This document shows positions 27,301-41,257 of a stretch of 64,000 nucleotides of DNA, in pieces. Positions within the stretch are counted from its first letter, which is position 1, and each line of letters starts with the position of its first letter. Made by a program: the position numbers and the translations under genes. Origin of the DNA: Raillietiella orientalis (lineage: Eukaryota); NCBI GenBank assembly GCA_036172245.1, contig JAYWIR010000007.1:1364001-1428000 (forward strand), written 5' to 3'. Below the pieces are notes generated by a model. It had not been told where the DNA came from. It did no database searches and saw only the letters and a list, made by a program, of their open reading frames with translations.

Positions 27301-28118
27301 GTAGCTTGAGAGGGGCTGTAGCGAGCATCGGATCAGCGAATCGCACCTTCATCTGCATGTGGTGTTGGGGTCAAGTCAATTTGAGGAATACTGCTCGAGC
27401 ATGGAAATCACCTAAATCAGGGAGGGGGTAGACAAACTGAGGTCCGTTGCGACGGAAGGGTTATCTTCCGCTGAAATCAAGGGCCTCCAACCTCGTAGGA
27501 CGAGATGAAACCTCGAAGCGAGCCTGATTGAGACAGCTGATGAAAGCACGTAGAGGGCAGGCTTGGGAGAGAACAGCAGAAGCGTAGGCACGACTATCCC
27601 GAATTGCCAACTTCTTCGGGGAGAAACGAAGGGGAATTTCAGCACAGCACGCGTTTCCGATCGCAGTGATCACTTTTGTAACTGTCCGCGCGTCACCTAC
27701 CTCTCTTTGTCGGGAGCATCACGTAATGAGGAGCAAAAAAAAAAAAAAAATACATAGAAATTCTGATCAAAAAATTATGCATGCAACGTGAATGCATGTG
27801 TGCGTATTCCTGCACAGACACACATTCACGAATAAATGCGTATCCACAGAAGTAGCGGGGAAAAGTGTTGCTTATTCTTTGACACCAGCAGAAGCGTTCA
27901 CCTTTTTCTGTATACCGTCTTTAAACACGAAAGGACGGTGGCATCTCTGGGGTGTAAGGAAGCCGAGGTCGCTGCCCATTCGTTGTTTTCAGGAGGTGCT
28001 TCAGTGGACGGGTGGACACAAACAGGGAAGGTGCACAAACGGCTCATACGCAAAACTCGAGCCGAGTGAATGTTGGAAGGCACAGATGAAAGAACACTGT
28101 AGAAAGAAATAGGAAAAA

Positions 28119-28224
28119 CGCATTATAGAAAGATTAGTAAAGAAACATTATGAAAGAGCATTATAGAAAAAAAGATTATGATAGAAAGAGCATTACTGAA
28201 AGGAAGAACATGATAGAAAAGAGC
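28119..28224. repeat. Degenerate minisatellite of about 12-14-bp CATTATAGAAAG(A)-like units
   Basis: gcattatagaaag, acattatgaaag, gcattatagaaaa, gcattactgaaag and acatgatagaaaag in tandem. Confidence 0.7.
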
Positions 28225-29699
28225 TTCGTTCCTGTTATAGCTAGTGAAACTACAGGCAGCACACGCGATTCGAAGAGGCCATCAGTGTCACTCTGTATCA
28301 CAACGAAGATCACTGCTTAGCGGGATGGTGATTGCGGCACTTCCCAAGAAAAGCCCACGTGAGGAGCTCTTCAATTTCTATCGGTTCCTTTCCGTTCTTT
28401 CTTCTTCGCTACCGGATTTCCTGAGATCCGGAGTGGGCTCGCCCTCCAGCGCTTTTCGCCAGTCGTGTGTCTGGGAAGCCTTCAGAGGCAACGCCACAAC
28501 CCACGGAGGGCGGCAGTGCACTTGCTTTTCTCGCTTCAGGAGAGCACTGCGATTTTAGACTGCATGGGACCCTGGGATGGGAATTTGGGTGCATACGTTT
28601 CGCGGAAGACGAGGTTCCTCACCCATTTGGGGGAAGGGGGGGAGGGGGGCAATGGAAGGAAAGGCGGATAGCGAAAACGAGATCTCGTGCTTTTGGTGCT
28701 ATCGGCTGACTTGCAGGATCCGTGAACAGCTGGTACACGCGTGCAATCCGGAAGCCGCTGGCGCTCTTTTTTCCAGGAGATGCTCAGCACCCGATGCCTC
28801 CCACACGGTACGTCAGTTGCCATTTCAGCCAACGCTTTCGGTCGGGAGGATCGTTCCAGAGCTCGTTTCCCTACTTCCCGGTGAACATCGACAGCGGAAA
28901 GAGAGAGGGATGGAGGGGAGAGGGTGAAAGGGAAGATGCGTTTATAAATAGTGGATCCGCAAGTCGTAGTCTCGCTGCTTCCGGGTTGCCGGCGCTTAAA
29001 AAAAAGATTGACAAGTTTGACAGTTGACAAGTTTCGTTGTGGCAGTCTCTTTGCCGGCCGGTCTCCAAGCGGAAGCCCGTGGTAATACGTCGCAATGCAA
29101 CGCCGAAGTCTCCGAACATGTGCTTCCAGGGAGAGGGAGAGGAGGAGGGGAAAAAAAATACCCCACTGCATTCCCGAGCGATGCACGGATTCCTTTCTTT
29201 GCCCGAGCAGGTGATTGGGCTCCCCTGTCAGCGGGGAGGGAGTCCCCCTCGAGGTGGCACCCGTAGAGGAACCCGCCCTTCCGATTCAGATGCTGGCGAC
29301 CAGCCAGGAAGCGTGTCGGAAAGGTGGGCTGCTCCTTCGTAGGTGGACCCCGCAAACTCCCATCCTCCCTCCAGTTGACATGGCCTCCCCTCCGGACATC
29401 GTTCGACGGGACTTCTCGAGGATTACACGGGACACACTAGTGGCCCGCTCCGCTTGCTCCTTTTGCCTTCTGCGCAGTCATCTTCATCCTAACTGCCGTT
29501 CCTTCGAGGATTTGCGAGGGTAGTTTGGGGACTCCTGTAGAACATGCTAGAGGGGCGACAGCGGCGACGACGGAGCAACCAGAAGCGGGGGATTCGAGAG
29601 CCCGGTCAGGAGGTTGCGTGAGACAAGAACTCCTTCTCCAACGAAAAGAGCCTTTACCCAGGGAGAAACAGGAGTGATCCGAAGAAGACCTCTCAGAGC

Positions 29700-31000
29700 A
29701 AGAAGTCCCGGACGGACGAAATTCCGTCCTGGAACGGAGCCTTCCTCTGCTCTTGAGCCGCAGGGGAGTGACGCTCCCTTCGGCGGGCGCAGCAGCAGCT
29801 GCCTCTGAGCTCCTCTGCCAGTCCAGACCTGGGATTCTGCTCCTGGGAGACGAGGCCCCCCGACGCAGCCCACGGAAGGTATGCCTAAGCGCGAAGGCTT
29901 GCCTCGGCTCCTCTGTTGGGGATCATGTGCGGAAGAATCGGGTTGTCAGGCTGCAAGAGGAGTCGCCACAGAAACGACTGCGGACACGCGGAGGGCTTGA
30001 CCGGGAAGCAGCAGATTTTGCAAGCAGCAAGAGATTGGGGGGGCCTTTGGTGCCTCTTAGACTTCGGAACAGAAGGCACACAAGGGGGGTGGGAAGGGCG
30101 ATTCTCTTGGCTCTCTTCCCGGTGCGGGAGGCAATTCAAGCTCGCGGGCTAGTGGACCACGGATCGGCTCTCAGTTCGTCGATCCAGAACGAGCATTCGG
30201 CTTTGGACTGCATGCAAACGCGTGGCAGGGTGGCGATAGCAGCGACGTCCATGGGTCCAGTCGCTCTCAGTGTTCCTGTCCACGGTGGTGGGGATGTACA
30301 TGGGGAAACTCGTCCCTGGACTTTCTGTAGACGGTAGCGACGACTCCCACGGGGTTCCTGGTGTCTCTGTCCACAGGAGCGGAGAAGGTTTCATTGCCGG
30401 GAGATGTTAGGCAGCCGGCATCGTTGGGGTTCGATCGACAACTGCCTCCCTGCAGATGCTGAGCGGGAGTCAGCGCTCTTGGGAGGCCGCTCTGGCAAGT
30501 TGCTTTTTCTTGGCAAAGCAAATGGAGATGGTAGGGTAAGAGGAATGTTCCATCTGGACAAGCTCGGGATCATTCGCGTTCCCGAGCCTTGATACCTGTC
30601 GCAGACTGCTGCAGTCCTCCGGCACGAGGTTCCAAGAACCAGCCACGGGAAGCTGGAAGGAAGGTGTGCGTAAAGGTGCCTCTGGTGCATGTTCTTCAGA
30701 CATCCTGGGTAATCCCCGAGAAAGTGCTGCGGACAGTCAATCCTCTGTCTAGCATCGAGTAGGGACTCTTCGCTCCATCCTACCTCGTCCAGAATTCCGT
30801 GACTGTAAACGCACGTGGAGTGAGCACTTCGGCTTCTCGAATCCCTCGACTTCTTTTTGGAGAACCGTCCCGTCGTGAACGAGTGCCACTCTTCCCTTCT
30901 CCTCATCAAGGAGTCTGCATCTGCGAGGGTCGATGGAGACGACACGGTTGCAATGCAGCTGCGGCAACCCGGAGGACCTTGCATACCGAAGCAGCATCAA
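29700..31000 (-). mobile_element. Candidate decayed LINE post-RT/CCHC fragment
   Basis: LHAVQSRMLVLDRR and PLCAFCSEV.EAP...LAAC resemble the zf-RVT region. Weak evidence. Confidence 0.35.
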
Positions 31001-32799
31001 GAGCGACCTCGCACCCGATCATCGAACTCCTTTCCCCATTCCAAACGTCCTCTAGCGTCTGCATGCCAGCAGTCCCTGTGAAATCTGAAACTTGCTCTTT
31101 TCGCAATCATGCCACTGCGAACAGATCCTGTTCCTGATCCTAACAAGCAGCCGCTGCTCGGTTGCTTCACTAGGCGACGAGTTTCTCGGCCAGCTCTCTC
31201 TTTCAGGAGGCGAGAGGCTTTGCAGAACACCATCAAACCACGAGCCGTTCTTGGAATGCTCCTGCAAATGTCGCGCAACCGAGCGCAGGATGTCCCCAAA
31301 GGGGAACACCTGGGTTAGGGAACAGCCAGGGAAAAAAAAAAAACCATCTGCCATTCTTATCGAGTGCTCGCTTTCTACCCCGAAAGAAACAACTCGTATA
31401 GCGAACCGAACGCGTGCGAGCACCCGGACTTGGGTTGGATGGCTCTCGGTTCTCATCGAAGGGAGCGTAACGACGAGGTCGACTGAGGTGTCCCGGACCA
31501 AACGATGGCGCTAGGATTGAAGCAGAGATTCGAACCGCGTAGCACGCGTGCGTGTGAATTACACACAACATACCTCTCAACCGAATGCGTCCATCCATCG
31601 GTCAACAAGGGCAAGATTGAAAACGCAGCAGAAAGAGACGGTTGTCAACATCCTGAGAAAGAGGACCTCACTATGACGTTTGATGCTCACTGAAACACCC
31701 GTGCACAGAGCCGTTTGTACAAAGACGTCCGCTAACAGTGGTCAGTGTTCCGCATATAGACACCCTCGCCGCGTTTTTGAAGAATATCTATTAATAATAA
31801 TAATAATAAAGGACAATGAAATGAAATCGTGACCTGGTTTTTTTAAAAAGCCCTGTTTTTGTCTTTTAAACGAGGCGCCTTGGTAACTGAAACAGTGCGT
31901 AGCGGTAGACTAATGAGGAAAAACAGAACGAGCTGCACCGCACCGATAGAGGGATCCGAGGTGGCTCTGGTTCAGCCTGTCCCTAACAAGGCTCTGCGGA
32001 TGTAGAAAAGGATCCTTGACTGTCTATATCCTTGACTTTTTTTTTTGCATTGATAAGGAAAGCAACGCGACTGCCGCGATTTCCCAATTGTTCGTGGGAG
32101 GCAATCAATACCTGATCCTCCCCCCTCCCCCAGCCTTCTCGTCTCAAATTTTATGGAATTTCTCACTGGCACTGAAGAACCGGACTTTTCTTGCTCCGAG
32201 TTGTCATGCACCTCACTCAACTTTCCCGATGTCTTCTTCTTCCTTCAGAGAAGCAGAGACTCAAAATGGAGTAGCTGCTGATCCGGCAAAAGAGGTTCCC
32301 CCTGTTTGGCAGTTTTTCTCAAAACACCTTGTGACTACCGTATACGTTTGCGATGTATGATGCACGCACGGGATTCCAGCAACGGGAAAACTGCACTTCT
32401 GTCAACAGATCTCTTATTTATCTTCATGGCATTCACGCTGAACAATTCTTTGGAAAATTTGCTATTTGTCTCTTCCGAAGGGAATGGGGCTGGTGATGGA
32501 TTTATTGGGCGTGGGATCGTTTATGAAAAACCGACAATTGAGGCAAAAAAATTTCCCTCCTCAGATTTGAGGAAGAAAAATGTGAGTTAGCTTGCTTGCT
32601 GAACACACCTAGCAGACAAGTTTCATCCCGAAGTGCTTGAACCGTGGCGCGAGGGTTCTCAAGGGCTCTAACCAAAGTTTCCACTTCAAGTATGTACCCG
32701 ACTCTTTGAAAAACACCACTCTTTCTCAAACTGCTTTCTTGAGCACATCTCCCTGCAGAACCCGGAGCACCCCACGTCTAGAGTCCTGAGCAAATCGCT

Positions 32800-33740
32800 C
32801 ACTGAGAGCAGATAATTCTGCATGGGCGCAACAAATTTTGGGACACAGACGCCACAGCGATCACAGCACTCCATGGTCTCCTGAATTGGCTTCCTGATCT
32901 CAGCCTATTTGCATGCTTCTTGCACGCTTGAGTCATCAAATCGCCTTTCATTTCCCCTTTTAGTATTCTCATAAAGTTCGTAATCGATGCTTTCCCCCCC
33001 CCCCCCAAGCTATCTTGGCAGCCGGCATAAAACATGGACTGACCTATTGTCAGATGAAAAGAGAGCTCGGAGAGAGAATTCGCTTAAATTTGCTCTCCGA
33101 GCCAACGGGTGTAAGTAATTGAATCGTTGATAAATGCTGCATGCGCGTGCAAGTCGCCCTATGGTTTTCATGGTGCTCGAGGGTGTAGCCGCGAGCAGAC
33201 CATTGCTGAGCCGGTGCCTGGTCACTGCATGCGCGCAGTGAGTCCGTCCCGATCTCATCTTTGCTGAGCTTCAAGCCCAGCAAAGTTGCTTCGGTTGTGG
33301 TCCTCTCCTGGCTGCAACACCTGATTTTTTATGTTCCCTTTCGCCCGGATGCACCCCCAGCCCGATCTCAAAAGTCTGATCTCCCTCGGTAAGCGATCAT
33401 TACTTTCCGTCTAGCATCCCCGCTCTCGGAAGTCGGTTTTCCACAAAAATCCCTCGGCAAGTCTGAGTTCTCGAAGACAAAGGCTGCCTTCAGCGGCGGG
33501 CAACATGAGAGCAAATTAGCGCCTTCCTTTACATCCCCCATTCTCCCTGGGGAAGGAGTTCTGCTCGCTCGGCAGGGAAATTTCGTATTCAGGATTAGCC
33601 GTGTTTGCGGCCGCAAGCTTGCCAGAAGGCGAGCTTTACGGAAAAATTGGTTGGCTTCCCGAAATCTTCCTGCCGCTTCAGCTGTTGCTGTTATCATCTT
33701 CCACGACGAAAGACGCAAGGACTTCATCTCCATGACGACC
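32800..33740 (-). mobile_element. Decayed LINE APE endonuclease fragment
   Basis: MKSLRLSSWK (ISWN), LRPQT (LQET), GYT...QRFNYL (SRIDY) and SSDNRSV (SDHxPV) occur in the expected order across frameshifts. Confidence 0.45.
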
Positions 33741-36700
33741 GCGCGAGGGTCCTGCCGTGGTTCAGCGTCAGGGAGAACTGTGTAGAAAGACGGAAAGCCT
33801 TTCTGAAGGCGTGTACGTCGAACTGATGCAGTAACTCTCTTGACCCCAACTTGTGCAGGGTCATGAGCTCCTCTACACTCCTCCTTTCCCTTATGCTTTG
33901 CTCCCCACCCTCTGGATGCCGAGCGCCTGCACAGTAGGAGAGGGACACATCAATATCCTCTTTTCCCGCTGCTCGTCTCCAGGGAAAGCGAGCTTGACGA
34001 GGCACCTACGATCGCCACTGCCTACAGAAGTGGAGGCGGGAAGGGGAGAAGGAAGAGGGAAGAAGCTAAGGGTGCCGTTTCTCGTAAGAGTCGTCCCCGT
34101 ATCCGCTGCTCTGGAGCAAAATCCTCCTCCCTCGGAAGGCAGCGCCGCTTCCCGCGATCTGGAGGAGTGAAGGTGGGTGCAAGGGGAAGCAGGGATCGAC
34201 CGATCTTCCACCACCTTTCTCTTCTTCCTTCCCCTATTCCCCCAACCGGAACAGGGTGGGTCTCTCATCTTCCGTAACGCCACCGATCTCTTTCTTCCCT
34301 CGATCATATGAGCGGACGGCGCGGTGAGCGGGGGAGAGTTGTCGACCCTGGCTGGGAGAGTGCTCCCGCACCAGTGCGGACTTGCCCATCAGCCTCCTCC
34401 TCCCCCTCCCCTCGCGACCTGGCTCTCCTCTTTCACGACCCCCCTTCTTGCGCACGGGTAATATCATTGCCGAGGAGAGGGACTGAGGTGCGATTATTGC
34501 TAATTGAAAACTTTACCCCCCTCCCAGTGACTCCCGCTCTCCCGTGCATCTTTCTCAACTCTCAAGCTTTCGATTGTTTCTTGCAGCCCTCTGAAAAGAA
34601 AGGGGAGGGGGAAGAGGTGGAACACAATCCGGGATGTCAGTGTTTCTCCGCGGTCGAGAAACTCTCCGGACCGCTCTTTCCCGAAGAGCTGGATCCTCTC
34701 CGCGGGGCTGGGCGCTGCTGCTGCTACTCCAGCGTGCTGGGGTGAGCGTTTCCTCTCTCTTTCCTTCGTCTCTTCCCTATTCGGGGAGCTTCAGGTGATC
34801 TGCTCGGCTGGAAGGGGGGGGGGGGGGCGAAGCCATTTGAGACGCAGCAGCAGAACAATGGGAGAGGGTGAGGGAGGTAGGGAGGCGGGCTCTCCTCTGC
34901 CTACGCCGCCACCCTTTCCATCTTGGCACCCTCGCCGCTCTCAGAGACCCGCACTGACCCTGATCCCCGTGTTCAGAGGCGGCTGAGACGCGGTCCAATT
35001 CGGGTCCTTCCGGAGGCGGCCATGGCAACGAGCCTGCTCGGGGGCCTCCTTCACGGAGTGGGAGTGGAGACGGTCTATCGTCGGGAGAGGAAGGAGGGGA
35101 AGGACAGCTACACGTGCCGAGTACTGCCCTTCTCTCCTTCCTCCTCCTTTTCCACCTGCGCCCTCCCCTTACTCGTTTCGCAGGCGGCCAAACGCCTTCC
35201 TGGAAGAGAAGGGGACGGCCGGGCTCGCAGCAGCTGTTTCAGGGATGACGCATCGACGACGCCAAGCCCTCCCGGAACGAAGGCACTCAGAAGGAAAGCA
35301 GGGAATGCAGAAAAGGAAGATCGAGGGAGATTGGAACAAAAAAAAAGGAACAGACAAGGCAGGGGAGCCCTCCTGACGGCTAGAGTCGCCGGCAACTGGG
35401 GCATTGCAGCAGCAACAGCGGCGGTTTCCCACTCTTCAGGCACTTGGCGGAGCGGCCGTCAGGAGGACGATGGACGAAGAGAGGGAAGAGAAAGCCTTCA
35501 AGATCAAACGAGTCTCCCACGCCTCGTTGACGCTCCCAACCTGGCAGGGGATGCAAGGTGTCTGGCGTGAACCCTTCGGCATCCTGTGGCGAGTACAACA
35601 CACCTCCAGGCTGTCTGGTGCCCGCCGCGAGGGCCCTCTAGCCAATAGGAAGGGGAGGGTTTTCGAGCTGGAAGATACGTTATAAGTCCGTCCTCCTTTT
35701 CCCTGACCAGGAGCACCAGGGATCGGCAACAGGGAGCAAACGGTCTGCCTGCAGGCTCCTGGCTTTTTTCTCTCAGCGCTGTTCCTCTTCCAGGAGGGCA
35801 GGCCACACCATTCACTCCCAGGCTCGTTTCGTCCACCACACCCCCTCGGAGTTCGATGGGGAACCTCAGCGACTCCCGTGGTGCGGCATCAGTGCAAGGC
35901 TGGAAAGAACCGTCGCCAGATCTTTGCGTCGCTCCTGGTGGTCATCACTGGAGAGGGGAAAAGCCGGAAAGGATGGAAGGGAGGAAGTCGGGCACGACAC
36001 ATCAAAGAGGCTCACTCCGAGCATCTCGCAGCCGCACACGGCGTGTAGCTACATCATGTCCGCTCGGAGTCCACACCGCAGGAGGGCAGCAATGAACAGC
36101 CGGTCCGCGGATGACCGGCGCGCTCCAGCTGATCGGGCGGCTGCGACTCAACCTCTGGTTCGCTGCACTAACAGGTGCGGAGAAGTCGGTCGTTTATCCC
36201 GCGCTGTCTTTGGAGATGGTGTATTCGAAAAGCCAGCATAGTCTCCACACTCGCATCGTCAGGGTTATCCCTCCCCTGACGTGCCCTCGTAAAAGACAGA
36301 CTCGTAAAAGGGAGGCAGGGATTGTTTTTCTTCTTTTTTCTTGCGACTCGCAGTTTTCGGGATGAAAACTCTGAGCTCCTCAAGAAGAAAACTGCAACGC
36401 CATTCTACGCGAGGTGAAGACCGAATTCATGCTGCGCCGGTGGAACGAACCGTGCCTCTTGCTAGACATCCCATCGGCTTGTCCCCTGTGCTCCATCTCA
36501 CCTGCTCCCCGAAAGCCACTTGCAGGCGCTGCTCCAATCGAATGAAAAAGTCCCGCAAACTCGTTTGCTTCGTTTCCCAGTGCACTAGAAGTGCTCTCGG
36601 AATGCGAACGGTTTCTATGACGCTCGTTTTTCAGCTTCTGCGGATCCGTCGCTGCTCCCTCCTCTGCCCTTCTCCCCACACTCAATCTGCGTCGACACGC

Positions 36701-38199
36701 ATCATCGCGGTGGCAGCTTCTCTTCCCTCCTGGTTTCGCATTTCCCTCCGCGGACTCACTCCGATGGTTTCCATCCAAGAAGGAACAAGCCGGCTGAGTT
36801 GAGAGCTGATGAGATGGGGGGGAGGGGGAAAGGAGAGAAAGAGAACTGCCAGTCAATGACGATGACGTCTCACCATCAACGACAGTCACCAAATATTGCA
36901 ATATTTTCATTATATTGCTAAGGGACATGTATTATGATCGTCCCATGCAAGCAAGGGACCGATGGGTTGCCTCATCCTCCGGAGTGGAAAAGGACCTTCC
37001 TTTGCATCCCATCCCCCCTGGTTTCCCCGTTCCCCCTTCCCTCCCAACTCTCAGTAACGGATGGACGCTCCAGTTCACGGCTGAACCAAAGAAAACTTGC
37101 GGCGTCCGGTGCCGTTGCCACGGGAGACGCGAGCAACAGTCCGCCGCCGTCCCCGCTGACTCTAAATTTATGCCAGAGCCGTATCAGGAGTCGTCGGCCG
37201 GTGGGCAGTTTTGGAAAGAAAAAAAAAAAAAAAAAACAGCCAGGTGGGGGAAACGAGGGACGGAGGGAGGAAGACCCTGATGACGACTGCGACGACGAGG
37301 AGCAAACCTCCTTGTTCCGTGGCATCGTTAGTGATGATGCGAGATGGTGGCGGAACGGAGCGACCCCCTCGAAGGAACGAGCGGCGTCCTCCTGTTGCCA
37401 GCAACTGCGAAGAGCGTTCCCGGCCGGCGGACGACTGTTGCTCGCCTCGCCAGAGAGGAAAGACGGCGGCCTCCGCACCGATCCGGTGGCGCTTTGGCAT
37501 TTCTTTCCTGGAGTGGAAAATAAAAAATTCGAGTTCCCATCGGGAAGGAGTAAGGGGAGGGGAGAGGAAAGACCCGTTTTCCAAGTTCAAGAAGGGCGCT
37601 GAACGCCTTTCGCGCCGACCATTTCTCATCCGCGTGGCGGGAAAGGAGCGCCTCGGAAATTCCCTCCCTGCTTTTCTCTGCATCTCTTTCAGAAGGCACC
37701 GATTCTAGCAGCGACAGTGAAAGTGGGAAGGCACGAAAGAATCTTCCTTCTCCTCCTGCTTCCTGCTTTCAGTCTCTTCATCCGGTCCTTAGCCTTGCGG
37801 CTGGTTGCCGTAGACGCCTCGTCTGCGCCCTTGAACGGTGTTGACAGGTCGCGTTTGCTGCCGCTCGTACTGAATTGCCGTCGGTCCGCAAGCACCGCGC
37901 GTTCTCAGTGTTCGCTCTGAGCGCTCTCCTCCTTCTCCTACCCCTTCCCCCCCTCCATCCATGCAAGGGGCACGGGTTAGCAAGCCTGTCCTCCAGCTGC
38001 TACGTTCACTGCCTCACTCTTTGCAGCAACCCTTCCCATTTTCCGTCTTTTGCTTCTCCTCCTGCCAGAGATCATTGCCCCTAGACTAACGGAAAAAGCG
38101 TCCGTCTCTACCAGAGCAGAGTTGAGCTATTGGTTTCCTTCTGAAAAATCCATGAGTTGAAGCGAACCACAATCAGTCGAAAAAAAAGGTCCTTTTTAC

Positions 38200-40050
38200 G
38201 ACACCCTCGTCCCTTACTATTTAGCTTCCTCCCGAACAGAATGGTTTGCGGCCCGGATACGACTCCTGAGAACGTGCCGGTCGAAAGATGCAACCCCCGA
38301 TTCCCAAGCTTTCCGGGAGGATGCGCGCGGATCGCTGACGCCTACTTGCTGACGCGCTGGTCGACGGTATTTGAGAAGTTGCCCGCGAGAGCTGCATTTT
38401 TTCAAATAAGGTTGTTCGTTTTCTGGGAATGCGCAACGCTTCGGCGACGTTCTCGCCGAGACCACGTTTATTTCTGTTTCCCGGCTGACTTCTTTCGCTT
38501 TCATCCTTTGGTGCTTCCACTGCCATCCGGCATGACGAAGTGACTAGCGTCCAGCAACGCAGGAGGGAACCGACAGCCCGAAGATCGGCAGAAGCATTGT
38601 TCTTCGAAACCGTCATCCTGGCAGCCTGTAGGAACCCAAAATCAAAAAGCGGGAGGGAGCGGAGGGAGGGAAGACTCATATCGCTTTCAAGGTAAGGCTG
38701 CGAGGCCGAAGGCCCTCCTCTCTTCTCCCTTCTGTAAGCTCTGGTTTCCCTTGGCCTCATTCTTTTTGCACTGCAAATGGCAGCTAAGCGAGTGAGCGAG
38801 AGAGCTCACGGTCTGCCCTGCAAAGACAGTGCTGCCGGTGTAGAGGTGGATTGCCTTTGCGAGCAACTAGAGCGATTTCACTGTCGTACCAAGTAAAGAG
38901 GAGTGCAGCTGCAGCCTCGTCGGCCAGAGTTCCCTTCCTCCTTCCCGCCGGAGTGGTCTGACTTCATGGGGCACACAATGCGGGCTGAGAGAGATCATGA
39001 GGCATCGACCCATCAGGATTCGAGCTAGTAGCTTCCCTGGGACAGCGGTGTGAAAGTGCTGCAACGTCACAGCCACCGGATGTCCTTCCATCTTTCTACT
39101 CAGCAGGCGTCTGTTTTCTTACCCGCAACTGGAGCTTCTCTTTCAGTTGACTCTTTTCCTTTTAAATTGTCGCCGCCGAACCCGAGCGCTCTGCGGTGGC
39201 AGGCCGCATCGTTGTTCAGTTTCGAAAAACATTGGACGTGGCTGCTGAAGGCTGCAGATGCGATTTCGCAGCCCCGCTGCGGCTTCCAGAAACGGAATGC
39301 GACTCAGAAAACACAAACGGAACTTCTGCAAGCAGTTTTGTGCCCGTAGATTCGAATGAAATTCGAGGAGCCGAAAGGAGGTCATTGAAATGCTTTTTTT
39401 TTTTTCTTTTTTTTTTCACACCCTCGCGAAACGAAAAACATACGCGCACACACAAGTAGGAACACACCCATCAAGCATCATTAAATCACGTGATGGGAAC
39501 ACTGGGAGAGGCGGGCAGGAGAATCTGTTCGAATGAGCGAAAAAAAATCACGCGCCGGATGACACAGCGGCGTAGGCCCAGGATCTGTGTTGCGTCACGA
39601 TTGTTGCTAAGAGTCCTGCCCCTGCTTGTGAGTTGATTGGCGGAAAGCTCAGTAGCTGCCGGAGACTCTCGCGCGCGACCACCGTGGTCGCGGAGCAGCA
39701 AGTGCTTGGGATAGCCGCGAAACAGTTCAGGTGTCTGGAAGACCCTCGGCGGGAGGGTCCGGGAAGGACGAACTCGGAGAACGTGTCTTCCCCACCCGCT
39801 CCTCGGCAACGAATTCGAGGGGATTCCCAGCTTCCAGAGTTCGCGACTCCCTGGTCCCAAGCCAGGGGAAGGTGGGAGAGGGAAAAGGGGGGAAGGAAAG
39901 CAGGAGCAGGTGACGCATACGTTCGCAGTCCAGCAGAAGAAGAGCCTTCCTCCTCATCGCGTGCAGATGGTACGCTCTCCCACATGCGGCTTGACCCTCG
40001 AACGCTCTCTCCAGGAGTTGCAGCGCATGGGCAGCAACCATGTCGAAGTT
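38200..40050 (-). mobile_element. Decayed LINE ORF2 fragment (linker and RT)
   Basis: GPGSRELWKL (GPGxWKLN), HPVAVT...GKLLARILMGR (RPISL..KILA.R), KSL*LLAKAI (LDxxKAF), ASADL (YADD-like) and LLKY occur in order. Confidence 0.55.
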
Positions 40051-40521
40051 AAAGGAGATTATAGAGAGCGCCGCGTCGAATGAGTCAGCGTCGCCTGGAT
40101 GCTTCGTGGGAACAGAGCAGGAGCCTAGGTTCTATCTGAACCCCCTCGACTGGGAGAGGGGCAGAAGGAAAGCGCCAGAGGGAGGCTGCTGATGCTCGAG
40201 CTGCGGATGCCCTGTGCAGGGACGGGAAGGCGACCGCGGCCCACCGGAAGGCGATCCGAGCGAGAGGTTGAGGGGGCAGCGCGAGCGACGAACCCGCCCA
40301 GCAAGATCGAGAGTCCAGATCGAACTGGGCCCGCCTTCGCCTTCTGGCTGGGACCTTCGGCGAAGGCGGGTACCCGGAGCTCAGCTCCGTGGCCAAACCG
40401 GGCGGGCAGCCGGCCCGGGAAAGGGCCAATCTGACGCGAGGTGACCACAGGCCGATACGAGGAGGGCAGAGGTTGAGCTGCGGAAGGACTCACGCGCCTT
40501 GTCTTCTTCCCACATCCTTGA

Positions 40522-40594
40522 GCCTCTATAGCTCAGTGGCTAGAGCACTGGTCTTTTAAACCAGGGGTCATGGGTTCGATCCCCACTAGGGGCA
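40522..40594 (+). tRNA. tRNA gene, anticodon TTT (Lys by anticodon) on a tRNA-Thr(TGT)-like body; possibly a pseudogene
   Basis: Full cloverleaf: acceptor GCCTCTA/TAGGGGC, D arm GCTC/GAGC, anticodon arm CTGGT-CT[TTT]AA-ACCAG (anticodon 40555-40557), T arm ATGGG-TTCGATC-CCCAC with one A-C mismatch, discriminator A. Pol III terminator TTTTT at 40602-40606. Confidence 0.9.
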
Positions 40595-41223
40595 GCTCAC
40601 GTTTTTATTAAATGGCATCCTCCGTTACCGGGAGGAAGGGGATGCGCCCTCCTCGATCTCGGCCGGAGAGCCGAAGGGCGCGTCCCCCGTGCACGCTGCA
40701 AGTCGCCCGAAAACGGCCCGCCGCCCCGGGGTCAACTTCCGCGGCGTGCGGCTAAACCCGGGACTGGATGAGAAGGAGGGGGGGGATCTCGCCTGACCTG
40801 ACCTCCGCCTCCTCCCTCGCTCGCCCGTTAGCGTTGGCGTTGCCGCCTTCGCGGCTTAGATTCTCCCGGCTGCCGCGCAGAGGCTCTCTCCAGAACGCGT
40901 TTTCTGGGGGCGAGACGGATGCATGGGCGAGCGAGGGAAGGGGGAACGGCGGGATTGGGGCGGCCAGCCACTGCTGCCGCTCGTGGCTGGCCGGCGCGGC
41001 ACCGGGTAGCTCCACCGGAACGTCGCTGCTGGAATGTTGCCCTGGATTCGTGCGCTGAGGTCAGGTGCGAGAGGGCGTCGCGTCTGACGCAGCAGCCGGC
41101 GGCGTCCCAGTCCAGTCCGCAGGGACGTCCCTGACTCGCTCCTTCGCTTTCCACCTCCCACTCTGACGTATGCGGTCCCTCCCGCATGCAGAGTGCTGCT
41201 CTATCCGACGTGGGCAGCTGGGG

Positions 41224-41257
41224 CTACAAGCGCGGACTTAAAAGTCCGCGCTTGTAG
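41224..41257. repeat. Near-perfect palindrome, 16-bp arms with a 2-nt spacer
   Basis: CTACAAGCGCGGACTT-aa-AAGTCCGCGCTTGTAG. Confidence 0.95.

Noticed and set aside
28119..28224. CRISPR-like array
   Set aside because: Units are short and degenerate with no unique spacers, the context is eukaryotic, and there are no cas genes.
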